IMG/VR virus record: IMGVR_UViG_3300035695_000002
Location: 32,001 to 96,000 of that record
DNA length: 64,000 nucleotides
Reading direction: 5' to 3' (one strand)
Source: a virus
Made by a program: the position numbers and the translations under genes. Under the pieces are notes generated by a model. It did no database searches. It was not told the origin of the DNA and saw only the letters and a program-made list of their open reading frames with translations. This document shows, piece after piece, positions 1 through 10,265 of this stretch. How positions within the stretch are numbered: position 1 is the first letter of the stretch; every line of letters starts with the position of its first letter.

Positions 1-2
1 AA

Positions 3-188
3 GATAAAATAGGAAAGAGTAATTCTAAAAAGTTGATGAGACAGAATCTAATTGACAATAATATCGAATATTATGATTCTTGTCATGCAGCATCAAATAT
101 TATAGGACTTTCTTATCAAAGAATATCCGAACTATGCAAAAATAATATGACTATGAAGGGATATAAATGGAGTTATGTAAAAAACTAG
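3..188 (+). CDS. C-terminal fragment of a homing endonuclease-type protein (NUMOD1-like DNA-binding domain), truncated by the window edge
   Basis: Manual translation of frame 3 gives DKIGKSNSKKLMRQNLIDNNIEYYDSCHAASNIIGLSYQRISELCKNNMTMKGYKWSYVKN*. The 'Y.S...A....G....I..C......GYKW.Y' pattern matches the C-termini of the two GIY-YIG ORFs in this window. Confidence 0.65.
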   Translation, partial: DKIGKSNSKKLMRQNLIDNNIEYYDSCHAASNIIGLSYQRISELCKNNMTMKGYKWSYVKN

Positions 189-209
189 AAAAAATTAAAC
201 AAATAAATT

Positions 210-1085
210 ATGAGTGAAACAAAAAGTGGAATTGGTGGTAAAGTTAGGGAACAAAGTGATTTCTCAAAAAAAGTTGGATTATTCTGTGCAAAAGTGATTG
301 CAGTGAATCCTGATAGAGAATCCTTCAAGGAGCTTCTAGGCATAGAGCTTAAAGCAGAAAGTAAGGCAGATGAATATGCTGGAGAGAGTAAAGATGGTAA
401 TCCTACAATGAGGGTGAATTTCTGGCTGGAAGAAGCTAAATCTAAGCAAAAATTCAATGTTACATTCTTCTTAGAGAATAAAGTGAAAGAAAATAAGGAT
501 GCTACAAAGAAGCAATATATTAACAATATTGGTGTATGTTCTTGGGCAGATGATGAAAATAACCTTCCTGATTGGTTTAAAAAGAGAGAATATAGAGAAG
601 CTTATGTAGGAGAAGAGGAATTGTATAGTTTTATGCGTACATGGCTTGGAAAACTGGATTATAAAGATGCAGAAGCCACATTACAGCTAGAGTGGAAACA
701 TCTCCTTAAAGGGAATATGAAGGACATTAGGAGTCAAATTAATGGAGAATTCTCTACAAATATTGTAGCTTTGGCTGTAGTTAAAAGCGTTGTAAAAGAC
801 GAAGAAACTAAAGAATACCAAGGAGTGTATAATAGAGCCTTTTTACCTGAATATTCATTAAAACAGTTCAGATTGGTGGATTATAATAAACCTGAAATTA
901 TTGCTGGTTTGAAAAAGAAGCAAAATAAGGACTTAAAACCACATGAACGATTTGCTGTACAGGTGAGTGATAGTGAATATGGCTGCAAAGATAGTTTTAA
1001 ACTTAAGGATTTAGCAGATTATAACGCTGAAGACTTCCTTGTAGGAACAAATGCTCCTATTAGTGCTGATGGTAGTGATTATTGA
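210..1085 (+). CDS. putative single-stranded DNA-binding protein (crAss-like type)
   Basis: 291 aa with an N-terminal 'KVIAVNP' motif, an acidic C-terminal tail (ADGSDY) and a position directly before the primase. Confidence 0.6.
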   Translation: MSETKSGIGGKVREQSDFSKKVGLFCAKVIAVNPDRESFKELLGIELKAESKADEYAGESKDGNPTMRVNFWLEEAKSKQKFNVTFFLENKVKENKDATKKQYINNIGVCSWADDENNLPDWFKKREYREAYVGEEELYSFMRTWLGKLDYKDAEATLQLEWKHLLKGNMKDIRSQINGEFSTNIVALAVVKSVVKDEETKEYQGVYNRAFLPEYSLKQFRLVDYNKPEIIAGLKKKQNKDLKPHERFAVQVSDSEYGCKDSFKLKDLADYNAEDFLVGTNAPISADGSDY

Positions 1086-1111
1086 AGTTTAAATTGTTTA
1101 ACAAAAAAGAG

Positions 1112-1141
1112 GCTAGGGATAGAAATATTCCTAGCTTTTTT
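1112..1141 (+). terminator. Rho-independent terminator
   Basis: Hairpin GCTAGGGATA-GAAA-TATTCCTAGC (one G-U pair) followed by T6, just after the SSB-like gene. Confidence 0.8.
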
Positions 1142-1155
1142 ATTTATATTGCACT

Positions 1156-2166
1156 ATGATAAAAGGGAAGATTAAGACAGATTTGACGATGGATAGTATA
1201 CTAGGACTCATAAGTCCTTTTGACATCTATATGTATTATATGCCTAATAAGGATTGGAAACTTAATGATGTCACCTATAGCCCATTTAAAGTAGAAAATC
1301 ACCCTAGCTTCCTAATAGGGAATAAGTACGGAAACCTTTCACATATTGCCTTTAATGATACTTCTAAAAGAGGAGATTGCTTTAGTTTTGTAAAACAACT
1401 TTACAATCTTACTAATTTAGATGAGGTGTTAAGGAAAATTGATGGGGATTTTCAATTAGGACTAGGAAATGGTGTAAAAGGAGACTATAAAGTTATTACT
1501 TCCCAATATAAACAACCAGAAATTACCAAGAGAAATAGTCTTATTCAAGTGATTACAAGGAAGTTTCTAAAAGAAGAATTAGCTTATTGGAATGAATATC
1601 ACCAAGATTTACAGGATTTACGTGATAATAATGTTTATTCCATAAAAACGCTATATTTTAATAAACAGAAGTTTCCCTTAAAGGATACAGACTTAAGGTT
1701 TGGATATTATTATCCTAAAGGAGGATTCTGGAAATTATATATTCCTTTTGCTAAAAATAAGAAGAATAAATGGTTAGGTAATGTGCCCTTACAGACGTCT
1801 TGGGGACTAGAAAATCTAAATAAGGAGTATAATACTCTAATCGTAAAAAGTCTGAAAGATTATCTAGTATGTAAAAAGGTATGCCCTTATATATTTGGGG
1901 TGCAAAATGAATCATTAGCTGCTTTTTCTGGAGAGACTATAGATTATACAAAAGAACACTCTAAAGAAGTTTTTTATGGTGGAGATAGCGATGAACCAGG
2001 GAAAAAAGCTAGTTATTTAATAACTTCCACTTTAGGATATAGACATATAAACCCTCCAGATCATCTAAAAAATGAATGTTGTAAAGATTTTGCTGATATG
2101 GGTAAAATTAAAGGATTAGACAGTTTGAAACAACATTTTGTGTCTAAGAACTTATTATCTTTGTAA
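1156..2166 (+). CDS. DNA primase (DnaG-like, TOPRIM)
   Basis: N-terminal degenerate zinc-binding-like region (SPFK.ENHPSF...GDCFSFVKQLY), 'KSLKD' motif, TOPRIM DxD (GDSDEPG) and C-terminal 'KDFAD'. Confidence 0.8.
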   Translation: MIKGKIKTDLTMDSILGLISPFDIYMYYMPNKDWKLNDVTYSPFKVENHPSFLIGNKYGNLSHIAFNDTSKRGDCFSFVKQLYNLTNLDEVLRKIDGDFQLGLGNGVKGDYKVITSQYKQPEITKRNSLIQVITRKFLKEELAYWNEYHQDLQDLRDNNVYSIKTLYFNKQKFPLKDTDLRFGYYYPKGGFWKLYIPFAKNKKNKWLGNVPLQTSWGLENLNKEYNTLIVKSLKDYLVCKKVCPYIFGVQNESLAAFSGETIDYTKEHSKEVFYGGDSDEPGKKASYLITSTLGYRHINPPDHLKNECCKDFADMGKIKGLDSLKQHFVSKNLLSL

Positions 2167-2167
2167 T

Positions 2168-2818
2168 ATGAAGATTTGTAAAATTTGCAATTTGGATGAA
2201 ACTAAAATAACTTTTGAAAAAGTTAGAAAAATTTGTACTAAATGTAGAAGCAAGCAATTATTCATTTCTAAACAGAAATGGAAACAAATTAATAAAGAAA
2301 AAGTAATAAATACTTCCAAACTTTATTATATAAATAATAAAGAAAGATTAGATAGAAGGAATACAGATTATTATTTCAATAATAAGGACAAAGTCAAAAT
2401 AGCAAGAAATAAATATAGATCTAAAAATAGAGAAAAATTCAAATTAATAAAAAAGAATAGGTTAATTAATGATATTAATTATAAACTTTCTTTGAATTTA
2501 AGATCCAGAGTAAATTCGGCTATAAAAAGGACAAATTCTAGAAAAATAAGTAATACTACTAAGTTAATAGGCTGTTCAATAGATAAGTTAAAATTGCATT
2601 TACAGTCCAAGTTTCTTCCTACAATGAGTTGGGATAATTACGGGAAATATTGGCATATTGACCACATTATTCCTTGTTCTAATTATGATTTAACAAAAGG
2701 AGAAGAACAGAAAAAATGCTTTAATTACACAAATTTACAACCCTTATTTGCTATTACACAGATAATTAATGAAATTACTTATATAGGCAATTTAAACAAA
2801 AATGATAAAATATTATAA
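2168..2818 (+). CDS. HNH homing endonuclease
   Basis: N-terminal CxxC..CxxC, basic helical middle region and 'WHIDHIIPCS...NYTNLQPL...NLNK'. Start placed at ATG 2168, just after the primase stop. Confidence 0.8.
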   Translation: MKICKICNLDETKITFEKVRKICTKCRSKQLFISKQKWKQINKEKVINTSKLYYINNKERLDRRNTDYYFNNKDKVKIARNKYRSKNREKFKLIKKNRLINDINYKLSLNLRSRVNSAIKRTNSRKISNTTKLIGCSIDKLKLHLQSKFLPTMSWDNYGKYWHIDHIIPCSNYDLTKGEEQKKCFNYTNLQPLFAITQIINEITYIGNLNKNDKIL

Positions 2819-2821
2819 ATT

Positions 2822-3610
2822 ATGAAAATACAAACATATGAAACAACAAAACAACAGCTTATAAATACTACAATTCCTAGTGAAAGTAGGACATATAAGC
2901 CATTTTCACATGAAAATGTGATAGATTTAACTTTAGAAGCTATTAATAAAGCAGGATTTCAACTAGATAGAGAAAGTTATAGTGCTGCAAGAGGAAATAA
3001 TATAGCTACAGGTAAATATACTATCAAAAATGTAGCAGATAGCGAAATGCAATTACAGATTTCTTGGCTTAATAGTTATGATAAGTCTAAAAGGCTTACT
3101 TGGGGCATCGGAAATCAGGTCAGAATCTGTATGAACGGAATGATAAGTGCTGATTTAGGAGCTTTTAAGAAGAAACATCAAGGAGAAATCCAAGATTTTA
3201 CTCCTAAAGCTATTTCTGAATATGTAAAAAGAGCAGGAGATACATTCAAGGAAATGCAGAAAGAAAGAGAAGATATGAAGAAGGTTATTCTTTCAGATAG
3301 AGATAAATCTATCCTTATAGGACGATTGTTCTTAGAGGAGGAACTTCTTACTACTACACAACTTAATATTATAGCTAGAGAGGTTAAAATGTCCTCTTTT
3401 GATTATAAATCCAAGGATAGTGTATGGGAGTTCTATAATCATGTAACTCTATCATTAAAAGAATTACACCCCTCTCTATATATGGAAACATTAATGGGGG
3501 CACATAAGTTTTTTGTGAAGGAAACTGGTATTTCTGTACCCAATTCTCCTATATTTACAGACATATCTCCCAATCAACAAGTGATAGAATTTACTCCTGG
3601 TATAGTATGA
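2822..3610 (+). CDS. DUF932-family protein
   Basis: 'NSYD', 'RICMNGMI' and 'W.FYNHVT' motifs typical of DUF932. Confidence 0.7.
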   Translation: MKIQTYETTKQQLINTTIPSESRTYKPFSHENVIDLTLEAINKAGFQLDRESYSAARGNNIATGKYTIKNVADSEMQLQISWLNSYDKSKRLTWGIGNQVRICMNGMISADLGAFKKKHQGEIQDFTPKAISEYVKRAGDTFKEMQKEREDMKKVILSDRDKSILIGRLFLEEELLTTTQLNIIAREVKMSSFDYKSKDSVWEFYNHVTLSLKELHPSLYMETLMGAHKFFVKETGISVPNSPIFTDISPNQQVIEFTPGIV

Positions 3611-4365
3611 CAAATTTAGATTGGGATAAATTCTCACCGTTATTTGGTACATGGGCTTCAAAAATCAAACCCTTCTTTGATAGAGGAGGGTTTGATCCTA
3701 TTTATACATTTCTTAAAAAAGAGAGTCTTCGTGGAAAATTACTCACTCCATTGAGTAATTTGGTATTCAGATGTTTCCAAGAGACAGATATAGATAATAC
3801 TCATGTAGCGCTATTATCAATGTGTCCTTATCATACCTACTATAATGGTTCTCCAGTGGCCGATGGTTTGGCTTTTAGCTGTGGTATAACTAATAAATTA
3901 CAACCAAGTTTGGAGAAGGTGTATGAAGGATGGGAGAATGAGTTATATGAAGGAATGAACCTAGATTATTATAAAAGTCCAGATTTAACATACCTTGCGA
4001 AAAGTGGTGTATTATTATGGAATTGCAGTCTTACTTGTGAAAAAGACAAGGCTGGTTCACACATAGAAATTTGGAGTGAATTTACCAAATTTATACTAGA
4101 GGAAGCATTAGCTTACACAGGAATACCTATTGTGTTTATCGGGAAGGATGCCCAGAAATTCAATAAATATGTTACTCCTCTAACTCATGGGCAAATATTT
4201 AATATTGAACATCCTAGTTTTGCAGCAAGAAGTCAGTCTATTTGGTCTACAAATGGTGTTTTTACTAAAATTAACAAAATAGTAAAGGACAATAATCATG
4301 TAACAATACCTTGGTTAGCTTCTAAGGAAGATATAGAATTAATAACAGCAGATTTACCATTTTAA
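3607..4365 (+). CDS. ung: uracil-DNA glycosylase family 1-like protein with an atypical catalytic loop
   Basis: 'VFRCF', 'ADGLAFS', 'PSL', 'GVLLWN', 'AGSH..IW' and 'HPS' are present; the canonical GQDPYH reads SMCPYH. Confidence 0.8.
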   Translation: MTNLDWDKFSPLFGTWASKIKPFFDRGGFDPIYTFLKKESLRGKLLTPLSNLVFRCFQETDIDNTHVALLSMCPYHTYYNGSPVADGLAFSCGITNKLQPSLEKVYEGWENELYEGMNLDYYKSPDLTYLAKSGVLLWNCSLTCEKDKAGSHIEIWSEFTKFILEEALAYTGIPIVFIGKDAQKFNKYVTPLTHGQIFNIEHPSFAARSQSIWSTNGVFTKINKIVKDNNHVTIPWLASKEDIELITADLPF

Positions 4366-4367
4366 TT

Positions 4368-4598
4368 ATGACAAAAGAAGAATTAGTTAAAGAAGCTTTC
4401 AAATTCGCCAATGAAGAAGCAGACAAAAGAGGAACATTTAATACAAATGACTTAATTATATATGCATATAACCAAGCTATAGAAGATGCTGCAAATAATG
4501 CAATAGCCGACTGTAATATCCTAGCAGGAGATGCTAATTATAATAATATAGAAGTATATGTAATAAAAGGTTCAATTTTACAACTTAAGAAAACATGA
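4368..4598 (+). CDS. hypothetical protein
   Basis: 76-aa ORF tightly packed in the operon, with an ATGA overlap to the next gene. Confidence 0.6.
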   Translation: MTKEELVKEAFKFANEEADKRGTFNTNDLIIYAYNQAIEDAANNAIADCNILAGDANYNNIEVYVIKGSILQLKKT

Positions 4599-4948
4599 TA
4601 CTAGAGTGGAGATTTAAGCTATTAGAGAAATATAAGAGAATAGTGTGCGATGATGGGGATTTTTACACAACTAAGGGTAAAAAGCTTAATTTGAAGCCCT
4701 CTAGAGGAGGATATTTAAGAGTGAGAATATATAATAAAGGAAAAGAAATCTATAAATGGGCACATAGGCTTGTATATACAGCTTTTATAGGTGATTGTAC
4801 AAGCTTACATGTCCATCATATAGATAAAATTCAAACAAATAACTATTATTTAAACCTTTTAGGTCTTCCTCCTGAGAAGCATAGATATTGTCATAAGAAA
4901 AAAGTAAAACAATATACACCAGAGGAACTTAAAGAAGTTCCTTTTTAA
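4595..4948 (+). CDS. HNH endonuclease (HNH_3 type)
   Basis: 'GYLRV....AHRLVYTAF....VHHID....NN...NL'. Confidence 0.8.
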   Translation: MILEWRFKLLEKYKRIVCDDGDFYTTKGKKLNLKPSRGGYLRVRIYNKGKEIYKWAHRLVYTAFIGDCTSLHVHHIDKIQTNNYYLNLLGLPPEKHRYCHKKKVKQYTPEELKEVPF

Positions 4949-4957
4949 TTATAGAAT

Positions 4958-5557
4958 ATGGAAGAAAATGTAAAATATGAACTAGAAATAGTACAAGATG
5001 AATATGCAGAATCTCCTGATAGTTGGGGTGATGATAATTTGTTTTTGGTATATGATCATAGACAATTTACTATTAAAAGAAAAGGATTTGAACCTAAGGA
5101 TATATTCAACCATTTAGATGCTAAAAGACATATTGAGAAACTAGTAGAAATCAATGGTCGACCATCTATAGAAGTGTATGGAGATGATTTAAATTCAGAA
5201 TATGAGAATTATTGGATATATGTAGTAAATGCTTATATTCATTCAGGAGTGGCTCTATCTTTAGGAAAACAATATCCTTTCAATGATCAATGGGATACGT
5301 CTACAACAGGATATATATTAGTAAGTAAGAAAGAGTGGAAAGATGAGGATAAGGCTAAAGAAACTGCTGAAAATCTTATAGAAACCTGGAATATGTATCT
5401 ATCAGGAGATGTATGGGGATATGTAATATCTAGAATTACCACTTGTAGTTGTTGTAATAAGGAAGATAAACAAGAGGTAGATAGTTGTTATGGATTCTAT
5501 GGAGAAGAGGAATGTAGAAAAGAAGGAGAGGATATGTTAAAACATAAGACTAAATGA
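4958..5557 (+). CDS. hypothetical phage protein
   Basis: 199-aa acidic ORF with 'YIHSGVALS', 'WD', 'YLSGDVWG' and 'DSCYGFYG' segments; function not assignable. Confidence 0.7.
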   Translation: MEENVKYELEIVQDEYAESPDSWGDDNLFLVYDHRQFTIKRKGFEPKDIFNHLDAKRHIEKLVEINGRPSIEVYGDDLNSEYENYWIYVVNAYIHSGVALSLGKQYPFNDQWDTSTTGYILVSKKEWKDEDKAKETAENLIETWNMYLSGDVWGYVISRITTCSCCNKEDKQEVDSCYGFYGEEECRKEGEDMLKHKTK

Positions 5558-6411
5558 AAAAAGTATTCACAAATAGAGAACTTCCTCATATATGGGCTAA
5601 TCAGCTACAAAATGAAGGAAGAGGAAGTAATATGTTTTTTGAAGGACCTATTATATATTCCTATGGAAAGCATTTTCCTATAGCTGAAATATTAGAAAAA
5701 GAAAAAGTTATATTAGTAAACTCTAGTAATTATAGTATTACAACAAGTAAGCATAAAGGATATGTATGGAGAGCTATAAATAGAGAGAAATATAAGAGTT
5801 TTAGTGTTCCTGGTTGTTCTAATAACCATTCAAAGAATATAAGTATTTGGATGGATACATTTAATAATTATGTAGAATCTGCTTCTACAGCAAGGAATAA
5901 TAAAGAACTTTATCTAAATTCAGCTAAATACACCCTATCTACAATAGAAGAATATTTAGAGACTTTTAAACTTAATAAACTTAAGTTTAAAGGACTAAGT
6001 ATTATGCTAAGAAGAAAAGAGAATATTCTTCCTATAGAACTTGAAAATAAGATAAAAGAGCAAAAGAAAAGGAATAGAAGGCTTCTTTTAGAGGAAAAGA
6101 AACAGGATATTAAGGAATGGATAGAGGGAAATAGATCAAATCTTCCTTATAAAATAGATGATGTATTTTTAAGAGTGGTGCATCCTGCTGCTTTTGAGGA
6201 TGAAGATAGTCAAGTAGAAACATCTAAAGGAGCTAGAGTTGGATATAATAGTGCTAAATTGCTATATAGTATGATAAAAGCAGGAAAGGATGTAAAAGGT
6301 CATAAAATAGATGGATACACTGTAATAGGAATAAATGGTGTATTGAAGATAGGATGTCATCAAATAGAAAGAAAAGAAATAGATAGATTCGCAAAATCAC
6401 AAAATTGGTAA
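5554..6411 (+). CDS. hypothetical phage protein
   Basis: 285 aa with 'IYSYG.HFPIA', 'YS.TTSKH', 'VETSKGA' and 'IGCH' segments; function not assignable. Confidence 0.7.
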   Translation: MKKVFTNRELPHIWANQLQNEGRGSNMFFEGPIIYSYGKHFPIAEILEKEKVILVNSSNYSITTSKHKGYVWRAINREKYKSFSVPGCSNNHSKNISIWMDTFNNYVESASTARNNKELYLNSAKYTLSTIEEYLETFKLNKLKFKGLSIMLRRKENILPIELENKIKEQKKRNRRLLLEEKKQDIKEWIEGNRSNLPYKIDDVFLRVVHPAAFEDEDSQVETSKGARVGYNSAKLLYSMIKAGKDVKGHKIDGYTVIGINGVLKIGCHQIERKEIDRFAKSQNW

Positions 6412-6477
6412 AAGTTAATAAAGACTAAGTATATTAGAATAATAATTCGTATATTTAGCCTTTTAAATGAGTAAAAA

Positions 6478-6666
6478 ATGAAATTTGAAGTAGATAAAGA
6501 TCAACTAGTAAAGTTGAAAAAATGGCAAGAATCTATAAAAGAAGTATTTGGAGAATATGGAAATTATGATTATATTTTCACACCCACAGGTATAGGAGAT
6601 GGTATAAAAGTAAGAAGTCACCTATCTAATACTATTATAGATTTAACAGATGTAAGTAAATGGTAA
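6478..6666 (+). CDS. hypothetical phage protein
   Basis: 62 aa with 'FTPTGIG...DLTD..KW'; lies in the operon direction. Confidence 0.65.
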   Translation: MKFEVDKDQLVKLKKWQESIKEVFGEYGNYDYIFTPTGIGDGIKVRSHLSNTIIDLTDVSKW

Positions 6667-6669
6667 ATA

Positions 6670-7092
6670 ATGAATAAGAAAACAAAGAGAATTAAGGCTC
6701 CTAAGACAAGGAAAAGTAAGGTGGAGAAACCATTTAATAGTGGTACAATGAGTGTTAGTGCATTTTGGTCATTTATACGGTCTGCATTACGTCAGAAAAG
6801 TAGGTGGTGGAAACCCATCCTAGAATGTAAAAAGGCAGCTAGAAGGCCATACAAAGGTCCAATAAAGCGTCAAAAATGGGAGTACAAATGTAGTGTATGT
6901 GGTAATTATTTTCCAGAAAAACGTTGTTCTGTAGACCATATACATCCTTTAGGACAATTAAAAGATTATTCTGATTTACCGCATTTTGTAAAAACCTTAT
7001 TTTGCGAGGTAGATAATTTACAAGTGTTACATGATGAATGTCATAATAAAAAAACTAAATTAGAAAAAGATGCAAGAAATAGTGGAAGTTGA
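6670..7092 (+). CDS. HNH endonuclease
   Basis: 'FIRSALR', CxxC (CSVC), 'VDHIHP' and 'NLQVL...CHNKKT'. Confidence 0.8.
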   Translation: MNKKTKRIKAPKTRKSKVEKPFNSGTMSVSAFWSFIRSALRQKSRWWKPILECKKAARRPYKGPIKRQKWEYKCSVCGNYFPEKRCSVDHIHPLGQLKDYSDLPHFVKTLFCEVDNLQVLHDECHNKKTKLEKDARNSGS

Positions 7093-7258
7093 GAATTTTA
7101 ATTACTATACAACAGAGGAGTTGTTTTACTACCTACTGGATAATCTAGTAATACCTCCAGATGAGGAATTTAAACAATGGAAGTACTATAAACAGGATAT
7201 GATTAGATTATGTGAAGAATATTATGATAAATATTATGGAGAAGGAAGAAAAGATTGA
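7070..7258 (+). CDS. hypothetical protein
   Basis: 62-aa acidic/aromatic ORF overlapping both neighbours. Confidence 0.5.
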   Translation: MQEIVEVENFNYYTTEELFYYLLDNLVIPPDEEFKQWKYYKQDMIRLCEEYYDKYYGEGRKD

Positions 7259-7406
7259 TTTTGATGAAAATAATCCTTGTGATTTGCTAGAGGAGGCTCT
7301 ATTTTACCTGAATATGATTCCTAGGAAAAATATAAAGAGTGAAAATACAAAAGATAGCTACGAATTAGCTAGTTTGATAGATAAATACCTTAAAAATACA
7401 GAATAA
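7236..7406 (+). CDS. hypothetical protein
   Basis: Short ORF, probable start MEKEEK, with a TAATG overlap to the next gene. Confidence 0.5.
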   Translation: MEKEEKIDFDENNPCDLLEEALFYLNMIPRKNIKSENTKDSYELASLIDKYLKNTE

Positions 7407-8452
7407 TGATAAAAGGAAGCACAAAGACAGAAAAGGAATATAGGGCTACAGTAATGGATAGTAGTAGCAGTCTTAAGGAATTTTCCATAGACAGGAGAAA
7501 ATACTATAAAAAGTATGTCTTGGGAGAAAGAGTAACAGATGAAGAAGATACAAAAGCATCAGTTATTGGGCGTTTAGTGGAGACACTTCTGTTTGAGAAA
7601 GACGAATTTGATAATAGGTTTTTCATGAGTAGTACGGCTAAAGCTCCTACAGGTAATATGTTAGCCTTCGTTGAAGCTCTTTATAAGCATTCCAGAGACA
7701 ACAGTGATGAAGAGGGTAATATCACTATGGAATTTGGAGAAATAGTCAAATTAGCCCATAAAGACAGTGAGTATAAATGGAGTGTAGAAAAAGTGCTGGA
7801 AAAGTTTATTGGAACAGATAACGAGATATATTATAAGGAAATAAGAGAAGTGAGAAGTAAAGGACTTACGGTAGTTACAACAGATGATATTACTAACGCT
7901 GAGAGGATTGTAGAAGATCTCCAATCTAATGATATTACAGGTCCTATATTAAGTTTGGTTAATTCTGACAGATATACCATACTTAAACAGTTCCAGATAG
8001 AAGGATATGATATTGATGGGCTGCCATTGAAGTCCATGTTGGACTTGCTTATAATTGACCATAAGAAGAAAACTATACAATTCTATGATTTAAAATGTGT
8101 GTGGGCTGTAGAAAGTTTCTATGAAGAATATTATCTCTATCGTAGAGCATATATTCAAGCTTATTTGTATATGGAAGCTTGTAGAGAGTTAAAAGCAAGA
8201 GAAAATCTTGATTATTACACTGTTTTAGAGCCAAAATTCATTGTATGTGATAGTATCAACTATTACAGTCCATTGATTTATACACTAAATAGCGATGATT
8301 TACAGGATGCATATTTAGGGTTTGAACATAAAGGAAGGAAGTTTCCTGGTGTGAAGTCTATTATAGAGGACTTGGTTTGGGCTAAAAAGGAGAATAGATG
8401 GGCCATAAGCAAAACAAATTATCTAAATGGAGGATTAGTTCCTATAAAATAG
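7406..8452 (+). CDS. PD-(D/E)XK exonuclease (exonuclease VIII/DUF3799-like)
   Basis: 'SSSSLK', 'G..V..LL', 'KSMLDLLIID....FYDLK' and 'Y.QAYLY'. Confidence 0.8.
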   Translation: MIKGSTKTEKEYRATVMDSSSSLKEFSIDRRKYYKKYVLGERVTDEEDTKASVIGRLVETLLFEKDEFDNRFFMSSTAKAPTGNMLAFVEALYKHSRDNSDEEGNITMEFGEIVKLAHKDSEYKWSVEKVLEKFIGTDNEIYYKEIREVRSKGLTVVTTDDITNAERIVEDLQSNDITGPILSLVNSDRYTILKQFQIEGYDIDGLPLKSMLDLLIIDHKKKTIQFYDLKCVWAVESFYEEYYLYRRAYIQAYLYMEACRELKARENLDYYTVLEPKFIVCDSINYYSPLIYTLNSDDLQDAYLGFEHKGRKFPGVKSIIEDLVWAKKENRWAISKTNYLNGGLVPIK

Positions 8453-8454
8453 AA

Positions 8455-9207
8455 ATGGATATTTCTGGAATATATACTATCACTTGTTTAATTAATAACA
8501 AGATATATGTAGGTAAAAGTAAGAATCTTTTCACAAGAGAAGATGATCATTTTCAATCCTTAAAAAACAAATCTCATCATAATTATCATTTACAAAAAGC
8601 ATTTGATAAATATGGTGAGAAATGCTTTATATATGAGATTTTGGTCGAATGTGATGAAAATTTATTATATTCAGAAGAGCACTACTGGTGCAACTTATTA
8701 AATGTCCATAATAGAAATTATGGATATAATATTAGACCAACCCATCCTGAAGGTAAATCTGGGGTTTCGGAAAATACTAAAAAGTTAATATCTAATGCTT
8801 TTAAGAAACCGATAATAATTTTGAATCCAAGAGGAGAATTCATAGATAGGTGTGAAAGTATAACAGAAACTCATAATAAATTTAAAATAGGAACTTCTAC
8901 TATATCTAAAATATTACTAGGTAAATATAAAACTTATACTAAATATATTCTTCTTTACGAAAAGGATTATGAAAAAAATAAACAATACTCATTACCTACC
9001 AAACCTAAAGAAAGATATAGAAAAGGAGTAGAAGTTTTAATGTATGATTTGGAAGGAAATCTTATAAGAGAATGGAAAAGTTTAACTGAAGCTGCGAATT
9101 TTATTAGTTCTAAGGTATATAGTTTATTTAGAGTAATAAAAGGAAGAAGAGGTAAGAAAAGTAAAACAAACGAGTTCAAAAATTATGTATGGAAATATAA
9201 ACAATAA
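8455..9207 (+). CDS. GIY-YIG homing endonuclease with NUMOD-type C-terminal repeats
   Basis: 'SGIYTI...KIYVGKS...R...H...HHNYHLQ.AF.KYG...E..W...GYN'. Start placed at ATG 8455. Confidence 0.88.
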   Translation: MDISGIYTITCLINNKIYVGKSKNLFTREDDHFQSLKNKSHHNYHLQKAFDKYGEKCFIYEILVECDENLLYSEEHYWCNLLNVHNRNYGYNIRPTHPEGKSGVSENTKKLISNAFKKPIIILNPRGEFIDRCESITETHNKFKIGTSTISKILLGKYKTYTKYILLYEKDYEKNKQYSLPTKPKERYRKGVEVLMYDLEGNLIREWKSLTEAANFISSKVYSLFRVIKGRRGKKSKTNEFKNYVWKYKQ

Positions 9208-9210
9208 TGA

Positions 9211-9762
9211 ATGGAATTAAAAAAATCAATTAACACTATATTCATAGTGCCGACGCTAGGAATAGATAGAGAAAAACTTAGAATTAACGGGTTTTTAAAT
9301 GGATATTCGCGTGATATAGATAAAGAAATAAATTATGAAAATTCGGTATATTTGCTCTTTAGACCTCCGAATATGGATAGGTTTAAGGAGTTTACTGATG
9401 ATGAGTATGATCGAACTTCATCATTAATAGATGATTATGATCCGTGTCCAAAATTCGTTGTTTTGGTATATTCTCTCAATCCTAAGTTTAAAGAGGATTT
9501 TGAGCTAATTAAGCAGGGAAAATATTCTAAGACTTCTCAGGAGTTTAAAGCTTTATTTCCTAAGATAGTGAAGGTGATTAAAAAAGGTGTCCCTAGAGAA
9601 GAAACATCCTTACAATATCAAATATTCAATAAATCTGATAGTTTGAGAGAATATTGGGAGAGTAGGATAGCTATGGATTTTAAGGATGATATGGAGGTAT
9701 GGAATAACTTCGATTTGGAAAAAGAGACATTAAATATAGATAGAGTTAAAGAATTAATATGA
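9211..9762 (+). CDS. hypothetical phage protein
   Basis: 183-aa ORF with a 'GKYSK' motif, in the replication operon. Confidence 0.7.
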   Translation: MELKKSINTIFIVPTLGIDREKLRINGFLNGYSRDIDKEINYENSVYLLFRPPNMDRFKEFTDDEYDRTSSLIDDYDPCPKFVVLVYSLNPKFKEDFELIKQGKYSKTSQEFKALFPKIVKVIKKGVPREETSLQYQIFNKSDSLREYWESRIAMDFKDDMEVWNNFDLEKETLNIDRVKELI

Positions 9763-10262
9763 AAATGGAATGGAAAGTATTAAAAGAATCTTCAAAAAAT
9801 CCATTACCTACAAATAAGCAAATAATTGAATTTATGGAACAAGAGAAACAAAAAGAGGAAATGAAGGGGTTATTAGAAAAATACCCAAAAGCAGCTAAAA
9901 TAGTGAATGAATACTATTTAGCTAAATTATTAGAGAGTTTGAACGATAAAGGGCTTCCTGATGATTTTAAAGAACATGTAAAACAGCAAGGACTCCCAGA
10001 GACACAAATAGTGAGTTTAATGGAGGTTAATCCTTATGCTCTAGTGGATGTATTTGATCAGAATAAGATACCCATACATATTGTAGTAAATAGTAAATTA
10101 GATGATGATAGGAATGTAAAAAGTGTTACTTTTGGTGTTATTATAGCTATGGGATCTAATGATATGAAAACTGTTACAGAATGGTTTCCTACCAGAAAAG
10201 AAGCAGAGAAAGTAGCAATTATTGAGGCATTTGGAATATTAGAAGAAAAATTAACCAAATAA
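9759..10262 (+). CDS. hypothetical protein
   Basis: 167-aa ORF with an ATGA-type overlap and C-terminal 'RKEAE..AI..AF..LE'. Confidence 0.65.
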   Translation: MKMEWKVLKESSKNPLPTNKQIIEFMEQEKQKEEMKGLLEKYPKAAKIVNEYYLAKLLESLNDKGLPDDFKEHVKQQGLPETQIVSLMEVNPYALVDVFDQNKIPIHIVVNSKLDDDRNVKSVTFGVIIAMGSNDMKTVTEWFPTRKEAEKVAIIEAFGILEEKLTK

Positions 10263-10265
10263 ACT

